Shown here one piece after another: positions 28,217 through 38,018 of a DNA stretch of 64,000 bases; the stretch's first letter is position 1, and each line of letters starts with the position of its first letter. The DNA lies in the NCBI GenBank assembly GCA_035512435.1, contig DATKDX010000047.1:137393-201392 (forward strand), read 5' to 3'. The notes under the pieces were generated by a model. It had not been told where the DNA came from. It ran no database searches and saw only the letters and a program-made list of their open reading frames with translations. Made by a program: the position numbers and the translations under genes. This stretch comes from Dehalococcoidia bacterium. GTDB lineage: Bacteria; Chloroflexota; Dehalococcoidia; SM23-28-2; RBG-16-64-32.

Positions 28217-29875
28217 CTACATGCGCTCGGGGGCGCTCATGCCCATCAGGTCGAGACCGCGCGCGAGCACTGTCTTTGCCGCTGATACCAGCTTAAGGCG
28301 TGCTTTGCTCAGCGCTTCGTCGTCGCTTAGGACGCGGCACTTCTCGTAGAAGTCGTGAAAGGCTGTCGCCATCTCCTGGGCGAAGTACGGCAGCTGGTGC
28401 GGTTCGTCCGTCTTCGCTATGTGCTCTATAAGCTCGGGCAGGCGCAGCATCTTGCGGATCAGTTCCAGCTCCGCGTCCTCCTTGAGCAGGCTTACGTCAC
28501 CGTCCCCGTAGTCGAGGCCGCGCTCCGCCGCCTGCATCAGGATGCCGGCGATGCGCGCGTGGGCGTACTGGACGTAGTAGACGGGGTTTTCGCTGCTCTG
28601 CTGCTTGGCCAGATCGATATCGAATTCCATGTGGGTTTCGGCGGCGCGCGTCACGAAGTTGAAGCGCGCCGCGTCGGGGCCCACTTCCTCGATGATCTCG
28701 CGCATGGTGATGATGTCGCCCGCGCGTTTCGATAGCTTGATGACCTCGTCGCCGCGCTTCACCGTTACGAGCTGGTAGACGATGATCTCGAGGCGGTCCG
28801 GATCGATGCCGAGGGCAGAGACCGCCGCCTTCATGCGCGGCACATGGCCCTGGTGATCCGCCCCCCAGATGTTGACCGCGCGGTCGAAGCCACGTGTCAC
28901 AAGCTTGTCGTAGTGGTAGGCGATGTCGGAGGCGAAGTAAGTCGGCGCGCCGGTTGAGCGCACAAGCACATTGTCCTTCTCCTCACCCAGGGCCGAGGAC
29001 ACGAGCCAGATTGCACCCTCGCGCTCGGCAACGAAGCCACGCTCCTTGAGCAGCGCCATCGTCTTTTCGTAGGTGCCATCCTGGTACAGGGACCGCTCCG
29101 AGAACCAGTTGTCGTAGGTCACGCCTATCATCTGCAGATCTTCTCGGATGCTGAGGAGCATGAGCTCAATGCCGCGGTCATGGACTTCAGGCGGGCAGGG
29201 TTCACCCTCATCGCGCAGGAGTGAATCTCCGAACTCCTTTTTCAGTTCCTCCGCCAGGCCGATCATGTACTCGCCGGGATAGCCGCCTTCGGGGATCTCA
29301 ACAACGCGACCGAAGAGCTGCTGGTAGCGCGCGTAGAGCGTTCCGGCGAAGACTTCCGTCTGCGTACCGGCGTCGTTCACGAGATACTCGCGCTGCACCT
29401 CGAAACCGGCAGCTTCAAGCGCCCGCGCCAGTGTGTCGCCCAGCGCCAGGCCGCGTCCGTTGCCGACGTGCAGCGGCCCGACGGGGTTCGCGGAGACGAA
29501 CTCAACCTGCACACGCTTGCCCGCACCCAAGTCGATGTTCCCGAACGTCGGCCCGGCCTCCAGGATCGCGTCGACCTGAGAGGACAGCCAACCGGTGGAG
29601 AGCCGGAAGTTTATGAAGCCGGGCGGCGCCACCTCGACCCCGGCGAAGGCGCCATCCGCTTCGATGTGCTTCGCGATCGCGTTGGCGATGTCCAGCGGCT
29701 TCATCTGGGCGGCGCGGGCCATGCGCATGGCCAGGCCGGTGCCGTAGTCGCCGTGCTCCGGGCGCTGTGGCCGCTCGATGGGCGCGTCGGGTATGGCGGC
29801 GGGCGGCAGGTCGCCAGCCTCCTGCGCCTTGCGCACGGCCGCCTGCACCATCTGCTCGATCTCGTTCTTGATCAT
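28217..29875 (-). CDS. argS: Arginine--tRNA ligase
   Basis: 552 aa. ..VEFVSANPVGPLHVGNGR.. (HIGH-like region), and a C-terminal ..YVQYAHARI.. anticodon-binding domain. Confidence 0.95.
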   Translation of the reverse strand: MIKNEIEQMVQAAVRKAQEAGDLPPAAIPDAPIERPQRPEHGDYGTGLAMRMARAAQMKPLDIANAIAKHIEADGAFAGVEVAPPGFINFRLSTGWLSSQVDAILEAGPTFGNIDLGAGKRVQVEFVSANPVGPLHVGNGRGLALGDTLARALEAAGFEVQREYLVNDAGTQTEVFAGTLYARYQQLFGRVVEIPEGGYPGEYMIGLAEELKKEFGDSLLRDEGEPCPPEVHDRGIELMLLSIREDLQMIGVTYDNWFSERSLYQDGTYEKTMALLKERGFVAEREGAIWLVSSALGEEKDNVLVRSTGAPTYFASDIAYHYDKLVTRGFDRAVNIWGADHQGHVPRMKAAVSALGIDPDRLEIIVYQLVTVKRGDEVIKLSKRAGDIITMREIIEEVGPDAARFNFVTRAAETHMEFDIDLAKQQSSENPVYYVQYAHARIAGILMQAAERGLDYGDGDVSLLKEDAELELIRKMLRLPELIEHIAKTDEPHQLPYFAQEMATAFHDFYEKCRVLSDDEALSKARLKLVSAAKTVLARGLDLMGMSAPERM

Positions 29876-29946
29876 GGCTCCAAAAGACGAACGCCCGCCT
29901 CAGGGCGGACGACATGGTGAATTCTAACGCAGTACACGCGGAAGCG

Positions 29947-32445
29947 CTACGAAACGTCTGGCGTCACGCGGTCCCAGATGCGGTTCACGTTCGCGCGCAG
30001 GGTGATATGCTCCGGCGCCTCCAGTTCCGGATCTTCGTCAAGGATGCGGGTCGCCTCGCGGCGCGTTTCCTCGATCATCTCGACGTCCGTCAGGCTCGCC
30101 ACCTTCAGGTCTGGCAGCCCCGACTGACGCGTGCCGAAGTATTCGCCCGGCCCACGGATGCGCAGGTCCTCCTCCGCCAGGTCGAAGCCGCTCTCCATCG
30201 TCTCCATGATCATCAGCCGCTCCATCGCATCCTCCGACTGCGTTTCCGAAAGGAGGAAGCAGTAGCCCTGCTCCTCACTGCGACGCACGCGGCCGCGGAA
30301 TTGGTGCAGCTGGGAGAGGCCGAAGCGGTCCGCCCCCTCGATGAGGATGACCGTCGCATTTGGCACGTCGACACCCACCTCGACTACCGAGGTCGACACG
30401 AGGATATCGAGTTCGTGGTCACGAAACGCCCGCATCGTCGCTTCCTTCTCGCCGCTGGACATGCGCCCGTGGAGCAGCCCCAGCCGCAGGTCCGGGAATT
30501 CCTCGTGCTTCAGTCGCTCGTACTCCTGGACTGCCGCCTTCGCCTCGATGGCCTCGGACTCTTCAACCAGCGGACAGATGATGTACGCTTGCCGCCGCTC
30601 GTCGACCTTGGTGCGTGCGAAACGGAACGCTTCCTCACGTCGTCGCGGCGGCACGAAGAACGTCTTGACGGGAGGTCGGCCGGGCGGCATCTCCCGCAGA
30701 ACTGTTATGTCGAGATCGCCGTAGACCGTTAGCGCAAGCGTGCGCGGGATAGGCGTGGCCGTCATCACCAGGACATGCGGGCTGCCGCCCTTCTCGCGCA
30801 ACGCGGAGCGCTGCTCCACACCGAAGCGATGCTGTTCATCGATAACTGCCACACCCAGCGCCTTGAACGAGACCGACTCCTGGAGCAGAGCGTGCGTTCC
30901 GACCGCAATGTCCACCTCGCCCCGCGCGATTGCTTCCTGAACCGCCGCTTTCGCCGAGGCCTTCAGGCTGCCGGTGAGGAGCGCCACGCGCACCGGTTCC
31001 GACATGTAGGGCGGCCGCATGACGATGAACCCTTCGCCGGATTCCTGGAACCACGGGCCGTCTTCGGCGGGCGCAGCGTCGCCGGGGTTGAGAATCGAGG
31101 TGAAGGTGCGCAGGTGCTGTTCGGCCAAGATCTCGGTCGGCGCCATAATTGCGCCCTGTTTGCCGCTCGCCACCGTGGCAAGCAGCGCAGCTGCGGCGAC
31201 GACTGTTTTGCCGCTACCGACGTCTCCCTCCAGCAGCCGCGTCATCGGCGTAGAGTCGCCCATGTCGGCCAGCACCTCGTCGATAGCCCGCCGCTGCGAG
31301 GCCGTGAGGGCGAAGGGCAATGACTCCACGTAGCCCTCCAGGGCCTCGGGCGAGAGGTCCAGCACCGGCGCGCCGCCGGAGTCCTGCCATTCCCGCCGGC
31401 GCCGCACGACACCAAGCTCGATCCAGAGCAACTCCTCGAATGCTAAGCGCCGGCGCGCCGCGTCCGCCTCCTCGAGCGAGTCCGGGGAATGAATCTTGCG
31501 GATCGCGACCGGCGCCTCCATGAGGTCGTTGAAGTCGAGTACGGCCTCCGGCAGAGTCTCCAAGACGCGATCGGCAAAGCTGTCGATCGCCGCTTTCACA
31601 AGGTTGCGGATCGTCACCTGCGCGAGCCCTTCCGTACTGCGGTAAACAGGGACGAACCGCCGCGTGAAAATCGATTCGTCGTCCAGTGACTCGATCTCGG
31701 GGTTCTCCATCTGCATGCGGTTGCGGAAGGCGCCGATCTTGCCGCTGAGTGCCACCTTCATTCCGGAGCGCAGCCGCTGAGCGACCCACGGCTGCCCGAA
31801 CCAGAGGACGCGAATCGTCCCGGTTTCGTCGCCGATGATCGCCTCCGCCGCCCGCCGCCGCCCGAGCGCCACCTGCTTCACGGACTGCACGTGGGCGATA
31901 ACCGTCTGCTCGTCGCCATACGTGAGCCCGGCGATCGGGCGCACTTCGGAGTAATCGTGGTAACGCTTGGGGAAGTGGAACAGGAGGTCGCGCACGGTGC
32001 GAATTCCGGCGCGCTCCAGCTTCGGCAAGTTGCCGCGCGCCTTCGCCAGCGGAAACACCGACACAGGCGAATCGAGGTTACCCACAGCTTTGGGCGGCGG
32101 CGTCTTACGTTGAGCAGCTTGTGTAGTCGTCACTGCCTTCCGGGGCGCCTCCGGTTCCTCTTCGTCCGCCGTTATTTCGACCACCGTCAGGTGCGGCGCA
32201 CCGTTGCCGGCCACCCGCAGCAGTTCGTTGACCACACGTTCTCGCTGAATCGGGTGAAGCGCGCGGTATCCGCCGGGCGGCAGCGACTGCATTACACGCG
32301 ATACGGGGTGCGACGTGCTGATTCCCGCTTCGCGCGCGAAGTTGAGCAGAAAAGCGTCGAGACCGCCGACTACGGCGCTATCGGAGAACCTCCTCTCGCG
32401 CTCCAGCGCGAGGACTTTACGAAGCCCGTCCAGGGACCCCGTCAC
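29947..32445 (-). CDS. recG: ATP-dependent DNA helicase RecG (with about 130-aa N-terminal extension)
   Basis: 832 aa. Wedge domain, then helicase motifs GDVGSGKT, DEQHRFG, TATPIPRTL and HGRMSSGEKE..VSTSVVEVGVDVPNA. Confidence 0.95.
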   Translation of the reverse strand: MTGSLDGLRKVLALERERRFSDSAVVGGLDAFLLNFAREAGISTSHPVSRVMQSLPPGGYRALHPIQRERVVNELLRVAGNGAPHLTVVEITADEEEPEAPRKAVTTTQAAQRKTPPPKAVGNLDSPVSVFPLAKARGNLPKLERAGIRTVRDLLFHFPKRYHDYSEVRPIAGLTYGDEQTVIAHVQSVKQVALGRRRAAEAIIGDETGTIRVLWFGQPWVAQRLRSGMKVALSGKIGAFRNRMQMENPEIESLDDESIFTRRFVPVYRSTEGLAQVTIRNLVKAAIDSFADRVLETLPEAVLDFNDLMEAPVAIRKIHSPDSLEEADAARRRLAFEELLWIELGVVRRRREWQDSGGAPVLDLSPEALEGYVESLPFALTASQRRAIDEVLADMGDSTPMTRLLEGDVGSGKTVVAAAALLATVASGKQGAIMAPTEILAEQHLRTFTSILNPGDAAPAEDGPWFQESGEGFIVMRPPYMSEPVRVALLTGSLKASAKAAVQEAIARGEVDIAVGTHALLQESVSFKALGVAVIDEQHRFGVEQRSALREKGGSPHVLVMTATPIPRTLALTVYGDLDITVLREMPPGRPPVKTFFVPPRRREEAFRFARTKVDERRQAYIICPLVEESEAIEAKAAVQEYERLKHEEFPDLRLGLLHGRMSSGEKEATMRAFRDHELDILVSTSVVEVGVDVPNATVILIEGADRFGLSQLHQFRGRVRRSEEQGYCFLLSETQSEDAMERLMIMETMESGFDLAEEDLRIRGPGEYFGTRQSGLPDLKVASLTDVEMIEETRREATRILDEDPELEAPEHITLRANVNRIWDRVTPDVS

Positions 32446-32451
32446 GGCCGC

Positions 32452-33294
32452 TTACTTTCCCTGGAGTATGCCGATCCCCAGCACGCCCGGGCCGCCGTGC
32501 ACGCCGATAACGGGACCCAGACGCGTGATGTACACGGCCACGCCTTCCAGCGCCTCCTCCAGCCTCCGCTTCATCTGCTCGGCTTCCGCTGCATTGGTTG
32601 AGTAGGCGACGCCGATCTCCTCGATGCTGGGCACTGCGGTCGCGATCTGGAACATGCGGTCCATGGCCAGCGAACGAGTGCGGACTCGCTCTTCGGGATG
32701 CACCTCTCCTCCCTGGAAGGAAAGGATTGGCTTCACGCGCAGCACCGTGCCGAGGAAGGCCCGTGCACGGCCGATGCGGCCGCCGCGGCGGACGTACTCC
32801 AGCGTGTCGAGCGCCACGTAGACCGATATGCGCGGGATCATGTCATTCATCAACGACCTGATGTCATCAGTCGTCGCGCCTTCGTGGGCGGCACGGGACG
32901 CCGCCTGGCAGAGGAAGAACAGCCCCATGGAGATCACCTGCGAATCGACGACCTCGATCTTAGCGCCCTCGTCAGCCAGGATAGCCGCGGCCTGCACGGC
33001 GTTCTCGTAGGTTGCCGAGAGTTTGGAGGATAGGTGGATCGAGACGATCTCGTCGGTGTCGTCCAGCACCTTGCGATAGGTTTCAACGAAATCGCCCACG
33101 GAAGGAGCGGAGGTAGTTGGCAACTGCTTGTCCTGCGTCAGCCGCTCATAGAAGAGATCGTGGCTGATTTCTTTGCCTTCCTTATACGATTCTTCGCCAA
33201 AGATGACGCTAAGGGGGACGACTGCGATTCCGAGTTCCTGGGCTACGTGGGGCGGTATGTCCGAGGTGCTGTCGGTGACAATGCGAACACTCAA
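32452..33294 (-). CDS. DegV family fatty-acid-binding protein
   Basis: 280 aa. MSVRIVTDSTSDIP.. and ..TSAPSVGDF.. are typical of DegV. Confidence 0.85.
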   Translation of the reverse strand: MSVRIVTDSTSDIPPHVAQELGIAVVPLSVIFGEESYKEGKEISHDLFYERLTQDKQLPTTSAPSVGDFVETYRKVLDDTDEIVSIHLSSKLSATYENAVQAAAILADEGAKIEVVDSQVISMGLFFLCQAASRAAHEGATTDDIRSLMNDMIPRISVYVALDTLEYVRRGGRIGRARAFLGTVLRVKPILSFQGGEVHPEERVRTRSLAMDRMFQIATAVPSIEEIGVAYSTNAAEAEQMKRRLEEALEGVAVYITRLGPVIGVHGGPGVLGIGILQGK

Positions 33295-33363
33295 AGCGGG
33301 GGCTCCTCTCCTTCAGAGGGAGTATATCAGCGCGGCGTGTAACGCGTAGAGTAAGCCGTGGCG

Positions 33364-35001
33364 CTACTCCAGCGATGCGATGTAAAGGTAATGCGGCTGA
33401 CCGCCACTTACGACCTCAACGTCATGGCCAGCGAAACGTTCCCGAAGGCGTGCGGCCATGGCCTCCGCCGTGGCGTGATCGGTATCGGCGCCGTAGTAGA
33501 GGGTGATGAGGCTGGCGGAGTCAGAGGCAAGGTCCCCCAGCGCCCGTTCGAGCGCATCTTCCGGCGTTTCGGCGGCCAGCTTGAGTACGTCGTCTACGAC
33601 CGCGATGACCTGGCCTTCAGCAACCTTCACCCCGCCGATTTCCGTGGACCGTACCGCTCTCGTAATTTCAACGGTGCGCACCGAGGCCAGCGCGTCGGTC
33701 ATGACCTTGACCGCCTCGTCGAGCGTGTCTTCCGGCGTATAGGCCAGAAGCGCCGACAGCCCCTGCGGGAACGACCGCGACTCCACGACAGCTACGTGCT
33801 TCGCGGAGGCGTCAGCGGCCTGTCGCGCGGCCAGGATGATGTTCTTGTCGTTCGGGAGAACGACGACGTCCTGCGTTGGGCATGCCTCGATTGCGGCGAG
33901 TAGCTCCTGCGTGCTCGGGTTCATCGTCGGCCCCCCAGAGACGATGTGCGTGCAGCCGACGTCGCGCAGCACACTGGCAAGGCCCTCGCCCGGCGCCACG
34001 GCGACGCTGGAGATCGCCGCTTCCGGCAGGGGCGCCGTGACGGGCGGCCCTTCGCGGTGCATCTCCACGAAACCCTGAGCCTGTCGGTTAATGTTGTCGA
34101 TTTTGACCTGCACCAGGGCGCCAACCCCGGTTCCGAGCGTTAGCACCGCACCGGGATCGTCGGTATGGACGTGCATGCGCAGCAATTCTTCGTCGCCGAC
34201 GACGATGACGGAATCGCCCAGCGCCATGACCTTCGGCCTCAGTTCATCGGCGTCCAGGTTTTGGCCCTCGACCAACACCTCCGCGCAGTACCCATATGGC
34301 GATTCCTCGGTCTGGTGCTGCACGGCGCTCAGCCACTCCATCTCGATCTCGCCCTGGGCGCTGAGATCGACTTCGATCGTCTCGCCGCGCAGATGACGGG
34401 ACATCCCTTCCAGCAGCACGAAGAGCCCCTGCCCTCCGGCGTCGACAACGCCTGCTTCTTTGAGCATCGGCAGCAGTTCCGGGGTGCGCGCAACACTCTC
34501 GCGCGCCGCTTCGACCACGGCGTCCATCATCGCCGAGACGTCGCCGTTGGCGCTGGCCCGTGCAGCCGCGGCGGCGTCCCGCATCACCGTGAGAATCGTG
34601 CCCTCGGTCGGTTTGGTGACAGCCTTGTATGCCGTCTCCGCGCCCCCCTCGAGCCCGCAAGCCAGCTCACCCGCATCGATGTCGGCGATGCCTTCGGTGG
34701 CCTTTGCCACGCCGCGAATGATCTGACTGAGTATGACGCCGGAGTTCCCGCGCGCGCCCATTAGCGCCCCGTGAGACATGGCCGCCAGCATAGCGCCGGC
34801 GCCGCTTTCCTGGCAGCGTTCGGCCTCTTCGATCGTGCTGCGCATTGTCAGATGCATATTCGTGCCGGTGTCGCCATCGGGCACGGGGAAGACGTTGATG
34901 GCGTTGACCTGCTCTTTGTTCTGCTCCAGCCAGATCGTGGCGGCGCGGAACATCTCACGGACGTCGGGGCCGGTGAGGGAGAGGATGAGTGTCTCTGACA
35001 T
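33364..35001 (-). CDS. DAK2 domain-containing protein (YloV-like)
   Basis: 545 aa. ..INVFPVPDGDTGTNM.. is a DhaL-type N-domain. It sits in the conserved position between rpmB and recG. Confidence 0.85.
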   Translation of the reverse strand: MSETLILSLTGPDVREMFRAATIWLEQNKEQVNAINVFPVPDGDTGTNMHLTMRSTIEEAERCQESGAGAMLAAMSHGALMGARGNSGVILSQIIRGVAKATEGIADIDAGELACGLEGGAETAYKAVTKPTEGTILTVMRDAAAAARASANGDVSAMMDAVVEAARESVARTPELLPMLKEAGVVDAGGQGLFVLLEGMSRHLRGETIEVDLSAQGEIEMEWLSAVQHQTEESPYGYCAEVLVEGQNLDADELRPKVMALGDSVIVVGDEELLRMHVHTDDPGAVLTLGTGVGALVQVKIDNINRQAQGFVEMHREGPPVTAPLPEAAISSVAVAPGEGLASVLRDVGCTHIVSGGPTMNPSTQELLAAIEACPTQDVVVLPNDKNIILAARQAADASAKHVAVVESRSFPQGLSALLAYTPEDTLDEAVKVMTDALASVRTVEITRAVRSTEIGGVKVAEGQVIAVVDDVLKLAAETPEDALERALGDLASDSASLITLYYGADTDHATAEAMAARLRERFAGHDVEVVSGGQPHYLYIASLE

Positions 35002-35048
35002 ATGCTGTGCGCCTGATCTTGCGGCCCCGCAGGTACGGCCGTCGCGCC

Positions 35049-35078
35049 TTGATTATAGGGAATTGTGGATGCTACGAT
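35049..35078 (+). promoter_or_regulatory. Candidate sigma-70-type promoter of rpmB
   Basis: TTGATT (35049-35054), an 18-nt spacer ending in TGc (extended -10), then TACGAT (35073-35078), 50 nt upstream of the rpmB ATG. Sequence inspection only. Confidence 0.4.
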
Positions 35079-35128
35079 GACCTGGGCGCAAATGGTGCGC
35101 CCGTTTTCCACGTAAAAGGACTTTTACT

Positions 35129-35341
35129 ATGGCAAGCTGCGAGGTCTGCGGCAAGAAAACCGGCTTCGGCCGCAATATTCGTCACCAACACTCCGGTCGC
35201 TGGGAGCGCAAGGCTCCGCGCACCAACCGCAAGTTCAAGGCCAACATCCAGGCCAAGACGTTCCTTCTGGGCGGCGTGCCCATCCGCCTCAAGATCTGCA
35301 CTCGCTGCATCCGGACGACGACCAAAGACCGCCTCAAGTAG
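35129..35341 (+). CDS. rpmB: 50S ribosomal protein L28
   Basis: 70 aa. MASCEVCGKKTGFGRNIRHQHSGRWERKAPRTNRKFKANIQ is a canonical L28 sequence. Confidence 0.9.
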   Translation: MASCEVCGKKTGFGRNIRHQHSGRWERKAPRTNRKFKANIQAKTFLLGGVPIRLKICTRCIRTTTKDRLK

Positions 35342-35519
35342 CGGTCTAGGCGATCCCCACGGGCTGGTTCGGGCCGTTCCCACCGTATTCGCCGCTGCTT
35401 TCGCTCGCCATCTCTCGAATCCACCCCCACCACACGGCGCAAATCCAATAGCTAACCACAGCGCCAAATACCGCGAAACCCGTTTTACTGCCTATCGTCG
35501 CTCAGAAGCGCCCAGCCCA

Positions 35520-35867
35520 TTACTTGTCCCAGTCTGGGACGATGTCTTCGAGCGCCCATCCCTTCCGCTTGACGATCTCCTGCCACTCGTCCTCTGGCTT
35601 CCGAAGAGCATCTAGCCATAGGCGTAGATACTCACGGTATCCGGCCTCCATATCGGTGTGGCCGGACTGAACGATGGATCGCACATTGAAGGAGTTCCGG
35701 CGCCAAAAATAGGCGAGTCGATGATCAGGTTCCTCTGGGTAGTCTTGATCGAAGTAGAACGCGAGAACCTCAGGGAAGGGATCCTAGAATTCCCCGATAT
35801 CCTTTCGTCCGTCTAGGTAGTCGGTGACGTGCTGAATGGTCCATTCCAATGTCGGCGCGCCCCCCAT
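35520..35867 (-). pseudogene. Hypothetical ORF interrupted by an in-frame TAG
   Basis: A 116-codon frame: MGGAPTLEWTIQHVTDYLDGRKDIGEF-TAG-DPFPEVLAFYFDQDYPEEPDHRLAYFWRRNSFNVRSIVQSGHTDMEAGYREYLRLWLDALRKPEDEWQEIVKRKGWALEDIVPDWDK. The amber codon is at 35784-35786. GC is lower than in the neighbours. It is absent from the ORF track because no start follows the stop. Confidence 0.4.
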
Positions 35868-35916
35868 ATTACGAAACAAACTTCATACCTAAACTGCTGA
35901 CGCCAAGAACAGGTAC

Positions 35917-36588
35917 CTAGGCGAGCGCCGCGACAGCGTCCCGCAGCCCCCGGATGTTCTCCCCAATCGACGCCTGCTCGTTGAAGATCGCGCTCGCTGC
36001 CACCAGCACGTCCGCTCCCGCCGCCGCGCAGCGTGACGCGTTGCCAGCCTTCACCCCGCCGTCGATCTCGATCTCTGCGCGGTAGCCGTTGGCGTCGATA
36101 GTACTGCGCAGCCGCTCCACCTTAGGCAACACCGACTCGATGAACGCCTGACCGGACGCTCCCGGGTTCACCGCCATCACCATCACCTGGTCCAGCTCCG
36201 GCAGCAGCTGGTCGAGCACGTTTTCGTGGGTGCCAGGGTTGATGCAGACACCCACCCGCCGACCCTGCGCCCGCACGTCGCCGACGATGCGGTGGATGTG
36301 GGTCGCGGCTTCCCAGTGCACGTTGATGATGTCGCCGCCTGCCTCGATGTAGCGCGGCGCCTGCTTTTCCGGGTCGGCGACCATGAGGTGGATGTCTAGC
36401 ACGAGGCCGGTTCCCTTGCGGATCGCTTCGACGATCGGCTCGCCGATCGTAATCCGCGGCACGAACTGCCCGTCCATGATGTCGATGTGTATGTACTCCG
36501 CGCCCGCCTCCTCGCAGTGCCTGACCTGGTCCGCGAGGCGCGAGAGGTCGGCGGAGACGATGGACGGGGCGATTTTGACCGCCATCAC
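35917..36588 (-). CDS. rpe: Ribulose-phosphate 3-epimerase
   Basis: 223 aa. ..IAPSIVSADLSRLADQV.., HIDIMDGQFVP, ..MAVNPGASGQAF.. . Confidence 0.95.
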   Translation of the reverse strand: MMAVKIAPSIVSADLSRLADQVRHCEEAGAEYIHIDIMDGQFVPRITIGEPIVEAIRKGTGLVLDIHLMVADPEKQAPRYIEAGGDIINVHWEAATHIHRIVGDVRAQGRRVGVCINPGTHENVLDQLLPELDQVMVMAVNPGASGQAFIESVLPKVERLRSTIDANGYRAEIEIDGGVKAGNASRCAAAGADVLVAASAIFNEQASIGENIRGLRDAVAALA

Positions 36589-37967
36589 GAAGCCGCCTCC
36601 AGCCGCTTACGCGCCTCTACCAGCGCGGCGGCGACCTGCGCCGTGGCCGTGCCGCCGGTGGCCGACCGCGCGTCCACTGATGCGCGGGCGTCAAGTGCGA
36701 ATACATCCTCCTGAAATTCTGGCGAGAAGCGTCGGTATTCCTCGAGGGTCAGATCGTTCAGGGGTTTGCCCGCCGACTCGGCATAGCGCACGAGTTCAGC
36801 CACGGCGCCGTGCGCGTCGCGGAAGGGTACGCCCTTCTTGACGAGGTAGTCGGCGACGTCGGTCGCCAGCAGGTAGCCGCCCGAAGCGGCCTCTGCCGCC
36901 CGCTCGGTGTTGAGTGCCAGGCGCGGCAGCATCGCCGCCATGACGTCCAGCGTCGGCAGTACTACGTCGACGGTGTCGAAGAGCGGTTGCTTGTCCTCCT
37001 GCAGGTCGCGGTTGTACGCGAGTGGCAGGCCCTTTAGTGTCGTCAGGATTGCTATCAGGTTGCCGAATACACGCCCGGTGCGACCGCGCGCGAGTTCGGC
37101 CATGTCCGGGTTACGCTTCTGAGGCATGATGCTCGAGCCTGTCGCGAAGTCGTCAGGCAAGCGCAGGAAGGCGAACTCGTCGCTGGCCCAGATGATGATC
37201 TCTTCGCTGAGGCGCGAGAGGTGCATCATTGTCGTCGCTGCGGCGGCCTGGAAGTCGACAACGAAGTCGCGGTCGCTGACGGCGTCGATACTGTTGCGCG
37301 AGACGCGACTGAAGCCAAGCTCCCGAGCCACGAAGTCGCGGTCGATGTCGTAGGGCACGCCTGCCAAAGCGCCGGAGCCGAGCGGCAGTTCATCGGCGCG
37401 GTCGCGTGCGGTGGCGAAGCGGGCGGCGTCGCGGTCGAGCATCTCGAAGTAGGCAAGAAGGTGGTGCGCGAAGAGGACAGGCTGCGCGCGTTGCAGGTGT
37501 GTGTAGCCGGGCATGATCGCCTCGCGGTTGGACTCTGCGAGATCGAGGAGAGAGCGCTGGGCTCCGCGTACGCCGTCGATCGCCGCCAGGCACGATTCCA
37601 TGACGAACAGGCGGACGTCGGTCGCCACCTGGTCGTTGCGGGAGCGGGCGGTGTGCAGGCGCGCGCCGGCGTCGCCGATGCGCTCGCGCAGCGCGACCTC
37701 GATGTTCAGGTGCAGGTCCTCGAGGTCGTCGCGCCACTCGAAGCGCCCGGCGTCTATCTCATCGCGGATCTCTTCGAGGCCGCGCACGATGAGGTCTGCG
37801 TCTTCGGTGGGGATGATGCCCTGCTTGCCGAGCATGCGGGCGTGCGCGATCGAACCAGCGATGTCCTGGCGGTACAGGCGGCGGTCGTATGACACGGAAG
37901 CGCTGTAGGCCAGCGCACGGCGGTCAAGGCCCTTCGCGGTCGGGCTCTGCGATTTCCCCTCTTGCAT
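36585..37967 (-). CDS. argH: Argininosuccinate lyase
   Basis: 460 aa. ..HTARSRNDQVATD.. and the fumarate-lyase signature GSSIMPQKRNPD. Confidence 0.95.
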   Translation of the reverse strand: MQEGKSQSPTAKGLDRRALAYSASVSYDRRLYRQDIAGSIAHARMLGKQGIIPTEDADLIVRGLEEIRDEIDAGRFEWRDDLEDLHLNIEVALRERIGDAGARLHTARSRNDQVATDVRLFVMESCLAAIDGVRGAQRSLLDLAESNREAIMPGYTHLQRAQPVLFAHHLLAYFEMLDRDAARFATARDRADELPLGSGALAGVPYDIDRDFVARELGFSRVSRNSIDAVSDRDFVVDFQAAAATTMMHLSRLSEEIIIWASDEFAFLRLPDDFATGSSIMPQKRNPDMAELARGRTGRVFGNLIAILTTLKGLPLAYNRDLQEDKQPLFDTVDVVLPTLDVMAAMLPRLALNTERAAEAASGGYLLATDVADYLVKKGVPFRDAHGAVAELVRYAESAGKPLNDLTLEEYRRFSPEFQEDVFALDARASVDARSATGGTATAQVAAALVEARKRLEAAS

Positions 37968-38018
37968 TGGCCTATTATACGGTCGTAGCCCGCTCTGAAT
38001 CAGGAAGGACTTCGCCCC

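Noticed and set aside
35425-35450. tRNA-like T-loop fragment (CTCGAATCC), and other TTCGA-containing spots checked for tRNAs.
   Set aside because: There are no complementary T-stem or acceptor-stem sequences around it. I could fold no cloverleaf anywhere in the window.
35784-35786. Recoding (pyrrolysine or read-through) of the in-frame TAG here and the TAA at 63184-63186.
   Set aside because: There are no pyl genes or recoding signals in the window, and the two stops are of different types. Pseudogenisation or base-call error is more likely.
35778-35795. GGATCC-TA-GAATTC around the amber codon, considered as a cloning-vector polylinker remnant.
   Set aside because: It spans only 14 nt with no further vector-like sequence. 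Other six-cutter pairs occur by chance, for example AAGCTT at 19673-19678 and CTCGAG at 19683-19688. The local low GC raises the odds of such sites.
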